A program made the position numbers and the translations under genes. From the IMG/VR virus record IMGVR_UViG_3300045988_002413, positions 1 through 5,604 of that record: a DNA stretch of 5,604 bases. One strand, given 5' to 3'. The notes under the pieces were generated by a model that worked only from the letters and a program-made list of their open reading frames with translations, had not been told where the DNA came from and searched no databases. How positions within the stretch are numbered: position 1 is the first letter of the stretch; the number at the start of each line of letters is the position of its first letter. Of the stretch, positions 5,103 through 5,604 are shown piece after piece. Source of the DNA: a virus.

Positions 5103-5211
5103 GCAGAGAATGCCAGCGAAAACGGACAAGCGCATGTTCAACGTAACAGCACGAAAAACGAAGAGTATCAACTTAAGCCAAAAGCCCATGCGAGGCGGCA
5201 TCAGACTGTAA
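5092..5211 (+). CDS. Small basic DNA-binding / packaging protein, 39 aa (gokushovirus ORF8-like, functional analogue of phiX174 J)
   Basis: It is below the ORF-track cut-off. The sequence is MKHRQRMPAKTDKRMFNVTARKTKSINLSQKPMRGGIRL, with 11 K/R residues. The C-terminal MRGGIRL and the F..TA.. block match my memory of the Chlamydia-phage ORF8 peptide (ending ...MRGGIRF). SD AAGGGAG at 5078-5084 lies 7 nt upstream of the ATG. Confidence 0.7.
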   Translation: MKHRQRMPAKTDKRMFNVTARKTKSINLSQKPMRGGIRL

Positions 5212-5222
5212 AGGAGAAAAAA

Positions 5223-5465
5223 ATGATTCACAATTACTATGGCATCTACGACAGCGTAGCAAAGACATACTGCTACATCGGTGAAAGCAAGAGCAACGAA
5301 ACCTTTGCACGAATGTGCAATATCATGGCAAAGGACGAAAAAACGTTCCTTGGACAGTCGCCTGAAGACTACAAGGGCTACCACATCGCAAACTTCAACG
5401 ATGAAACCGGCCAGTTCGAAAGCATCGAGCCGGATAAAGTCTGGGAGGGCAAGCCGCATGAATAA
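5223..5465 (+). CDS. VP5: VP5-like non-structural protein of gokushoviruses, 80 aa
   Basis: The pattern YGIYDSVAKTY...ETFARMC...SPEDYKGYHIANFNDETGQF matches the conserved VP5 pattern as I recall it (hydrophobic-x-D-x-K/V-A ... A-x-R-x-F ... PEDY/F ... G-x-F/Y-D-D-x-T/N-G). SD AAGGAG at 5211-5216 lies 6 nt upstream of the ATG. Its position immediately upstream of VP3 fits. Confidence 0.7.
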   Translation: MIHNYYGIYDSVAKTYCYIGESKSNETFARMCNIMAKDEKTFLGQSPEDYKGYHIANFNDETGQFESIEPDKVWEGKPHE

Positions 5466-5604
5466 ACGATACGAGGAAGGGCGCGAGCCCTTCTTTTCAA
5501 ATCCAGGCGAAAAACTGCGCAAGCAGTACGTATGGGGCAAGGACGAAAAAGGCGAAAAAAAGTTAATCGAAACGGAACCGATTGACATTCAGGCCGAAAT
5601 TGAA
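5458..5604 (+). CDS. VP3: Internal scaffolding protein VP3, N-terminal portion. It runs off the window end and continues at position 56 of the window through the circular junction.
   Basis: The ATG at 5458 overlaps the VP5 stop (gcATGAATAA). The frame stays open to the last base of the window (MNKRYEEGREPFFSNPGEKLRKQYVWGKDEKGEKKLIETEPIDIQAEIE). It is in phase with the frame that ends at 304. Confidence 0.7.
   Translation, partial: MNKRYEEGREPFFSNPGEKLRKQYVWGKDEKGEKKLIETEPIDIQAEIE
5476..5497 (+). terminator. Terminator-like hairpin with a GCGA tetraloop and T-tract, located inside the first 14 codons of VP3
   Basis: Stem 5476-5482 gaagggc pairs perfectly with 5487-5493 gcccttc (7 bp). The loop is gcga, followed by TTTTcaaat. 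Confidence 0.4.
5550..5604. repeat. Terminal direct repeat, second copy of 1-55
   Basis: Identical 55-mer to positions 1-55. Confidence 0.95.

Noticed and set aside
14-5588. All minus-strand ORFs in the track: 14-358, 1197-1541, 1593-1889, 1654-1866, 1799-2032, 1867-2202, 2105-2329, 2236-2424, 2339-2524, 2728-3027, 3301-3765, 4453-4821, 4769-4999, and the 181-aa ORF at 5043-5588.
   Set aside because: Each lies antisense to a well-supported + strand gene. Their translations are Cys/Leu/Phe/Ser-rich low-complexity sequence with no recognisable motifs or SD sites. Microviridae express genes from one strand only. The A-rich, T-poor coding strand depletes stop codons on the complement, which creates long spurious frames.

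Overview
The window is a complete, circularly permuted genome of a Gokushovirinae-like microvirus (Microviridae, ssDNA phage). Bases 1-55 are identical to 5550-5604, so the unit circle is 5,549 nt. All supported genes lie on the + strand, are tightly packed or overlapping, and mostly have strong Shine-Dalgarno sites. The core set is: major capsid VP1 (291-1970); pilot/minor capsid VP2 (2011-2895); HUH rolling-circle Rep VP4 (2892-3911); a 39-aa arginine/lysine-rich ORF8/J-like DNA-binding peptide (5092-5211, missing from the ORF track); a VP5-like protein (5223-5465); and scaffolding protein VP3, which wraps the junction (5458-5549 joined to 1-304, 131 aa). An accessory block of about 1.2 kb sits between VP4 and ORF8 and is not part of the canonical gokushovirus core. 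It has two parts. The first is a 473-nt non-coding region (3912-4384) that is unusually long for this family and densely structured. It holds a terminator hairpin, two GC-rich alternating pyrimidine-purine palindromic tracts, a (TAG)5 microsatellite, about 10 same-orientation GTTGAAAA repeats, a 17-bp imperfect inverted repeat, and a near-consensus sigma70-type promoter. The second is a three-gene cassette: a Peptidase_M15_3-like zinc cell-wall hydrolase (4385-4768), an untracked 34-aa heptad-repeat peptide (4772-4876), and a 73-aa helical protein (4881-5102). I see no holin, signal peptide or phiX174 E-like gene. The repeat array and the hydrolase cassette are the most interesting parts. All minus-strand ORFs in the track look spurious. 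Every homology statement is motif recognition by eye, not a database search.
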